In this document: positions 32,211 through 32,891 of the stretch, piece by piece | Numbering within the stretch: the stretch's first letter is position 1 | Layout of the letters: each line of letters opens with the position of its first letter | IMG/VR virus record: IMGVR_UViG_3300033402_000035 | Coordinates: 1 to 32,891 of that record | Length of the DNA stretch: 32,891 bases | Source of the DNA: a virus | Taxonomy: Duplodnaviria > Caudoviricetes | Reading direction: 5' to 3' (one strand) | Made by a program: the position numbers and the translations under genes | The notes under the pieces: model-generated | Told to the model about the DNA's origin: nothing | What the model saw: the letters and a program-made list of their open reading frames with translations, nothing else | The model's database searches: none

Positions 32211-32891
32211 CTAGCCCCGCGTGACCGTAATCGAGGCTAGGGGGCAAGAGAAGTAGCTTTCCGGATCGCCGAAGATGGTCTCGGTTCCAACGCCGGGTGC
32301 AGTCACAATGCCGTTGATCGTCACCGAGAAAATCAGAACCGTCAGTAGATTCTGCGGCACTAGACCGGAGACAGCGGCAATGAAAGCCGAGTTTAGTTCC
32401 AGCACGTTAATTGGCGCGCCAACCGGAAGAGCGTTAATGTATGCAGCAAGTACCGGTTGAGCAAGCTGCGCAACGCCGGCAGGCGAAACGAAGTTGGAGG
32501 AGGATGTCTGCCACGTTACCGTCATCGCCACGGTCTGAACTGGCGGCAGCACGATCGGGATGATATAAGAGTCAGGGTATTGGCTGATCGTCACGCTAGT
32601 GTTACGGAAGTTGGGCGTAACCACACCGCCGCTCACATATGCGCCAAGGGCGCTGGTGTTGACATTGACCTCGAAAGTATTATCGGTCAAGACCGTGATC
32701 GTATAGGCGCCATTGTAGGCAGATGGTGTTGCGCCAGCGATGACGACAGCCTGACCGGTGACGTAGCCATGGTTTAGTGTCGTCGTCACTACGCCATTAG
32801 TGGCCGCAGTAAAGCTGTAGACGCCCAGCGTCGAGCCAACCAACGTCGAAGTGTCCGGGATGGCCTGAAAGATCGCTGCGGCAATCGCGTA
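32211..32891 (-). CDS. baseplate J-like protein, 5'-truncated by the window edge
   Basis: Frame open to the window end (YAIAAAIFQAIPD...); YPDSY.IP.V.PP.Q.V.MTVTW and YINALPVG.PIN..EL motifs. Confidence 0.75.
   Translation of the reverse strand, partial: YAIAAAIFQAIPDTSTLVGSTLGVYSFTAATNGVVTTTLNHGYVTGQAVVIAGATPSAYNGAYTITVLTDNTFEVNVNTSALGAYVSGGVVTPNFRNTSVTISQYPDSYIIPIVLPPVQTVAMTVTWQTSSSNFVSPAGVAQLAQPVLAAYINALPVGAPINVLELNSAFIAAVSGLVPQNLLTVLIFSVTINGIVTAPGVGTETIFGDPESYFSCPLASITVTRG

Noticed and set aside
1-32891. tRNA, rRNA, IS/transposase, integrase, intein or intron
   Set aside because: Gene packing leaves only short gaps, protein lengths are normal and no such motifs were recognised. A tRNAscan or Infernal run would confirm.

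Overview
This is a 32.9 kb piece of a tailed dsDNA bacteriophage genome, probably a contractile-tailed myovirus of an alphaproteobacterial host. The host call is inferred from the QueF sequence style and a Rhodospirillales-type small protein. There are three blocks. (1) About 1-5.9 kb, + strand: an early-type array of small genes, many of them Ala-rich with 11-residue repeats, sharing near-identical gene-start and gene-end sequences, plus a pentapeptide-repeat protein and a D12-class adenine methyltransferase. (2) About 5.9-22.7 kb, + strand: a replication/recombination module with a family A DNA polymerase fused to a family-4 uracil-DNA glycosylase domain, a UvsY-like mediator, gp32-like SSB, a divergent QueF, RecA, a PD-(D/E)XK resolvase, Mre11/Rad50 (SbcD/SbcC), DnaB-, SNF2- and UvrD-like helicases, and small accessory genes. 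(3) About 22.6-32.9 kb, - strand: baseplate J, a wedge protein, Gly-rich tail-fibre-like genes and a lysis cassette (GH108 endolysin, holin, lipoprotein, papain-like peptidase). The most notable observations are the mosaic early gene array, 23-26 bp blocks copied from that array to other sites including distant unrelated genes, two tail-region proteins with Sec signal peptides that each have a non-secreted paralogue nearby, a QueF with altered conserved motifs, and a beta-clamp motif on the UDG-polymerase. I saw no tRNA, CRISPR array, integrase, primase or reverse transcriptase. All calls come from motif recognition by eye; no searches were run.
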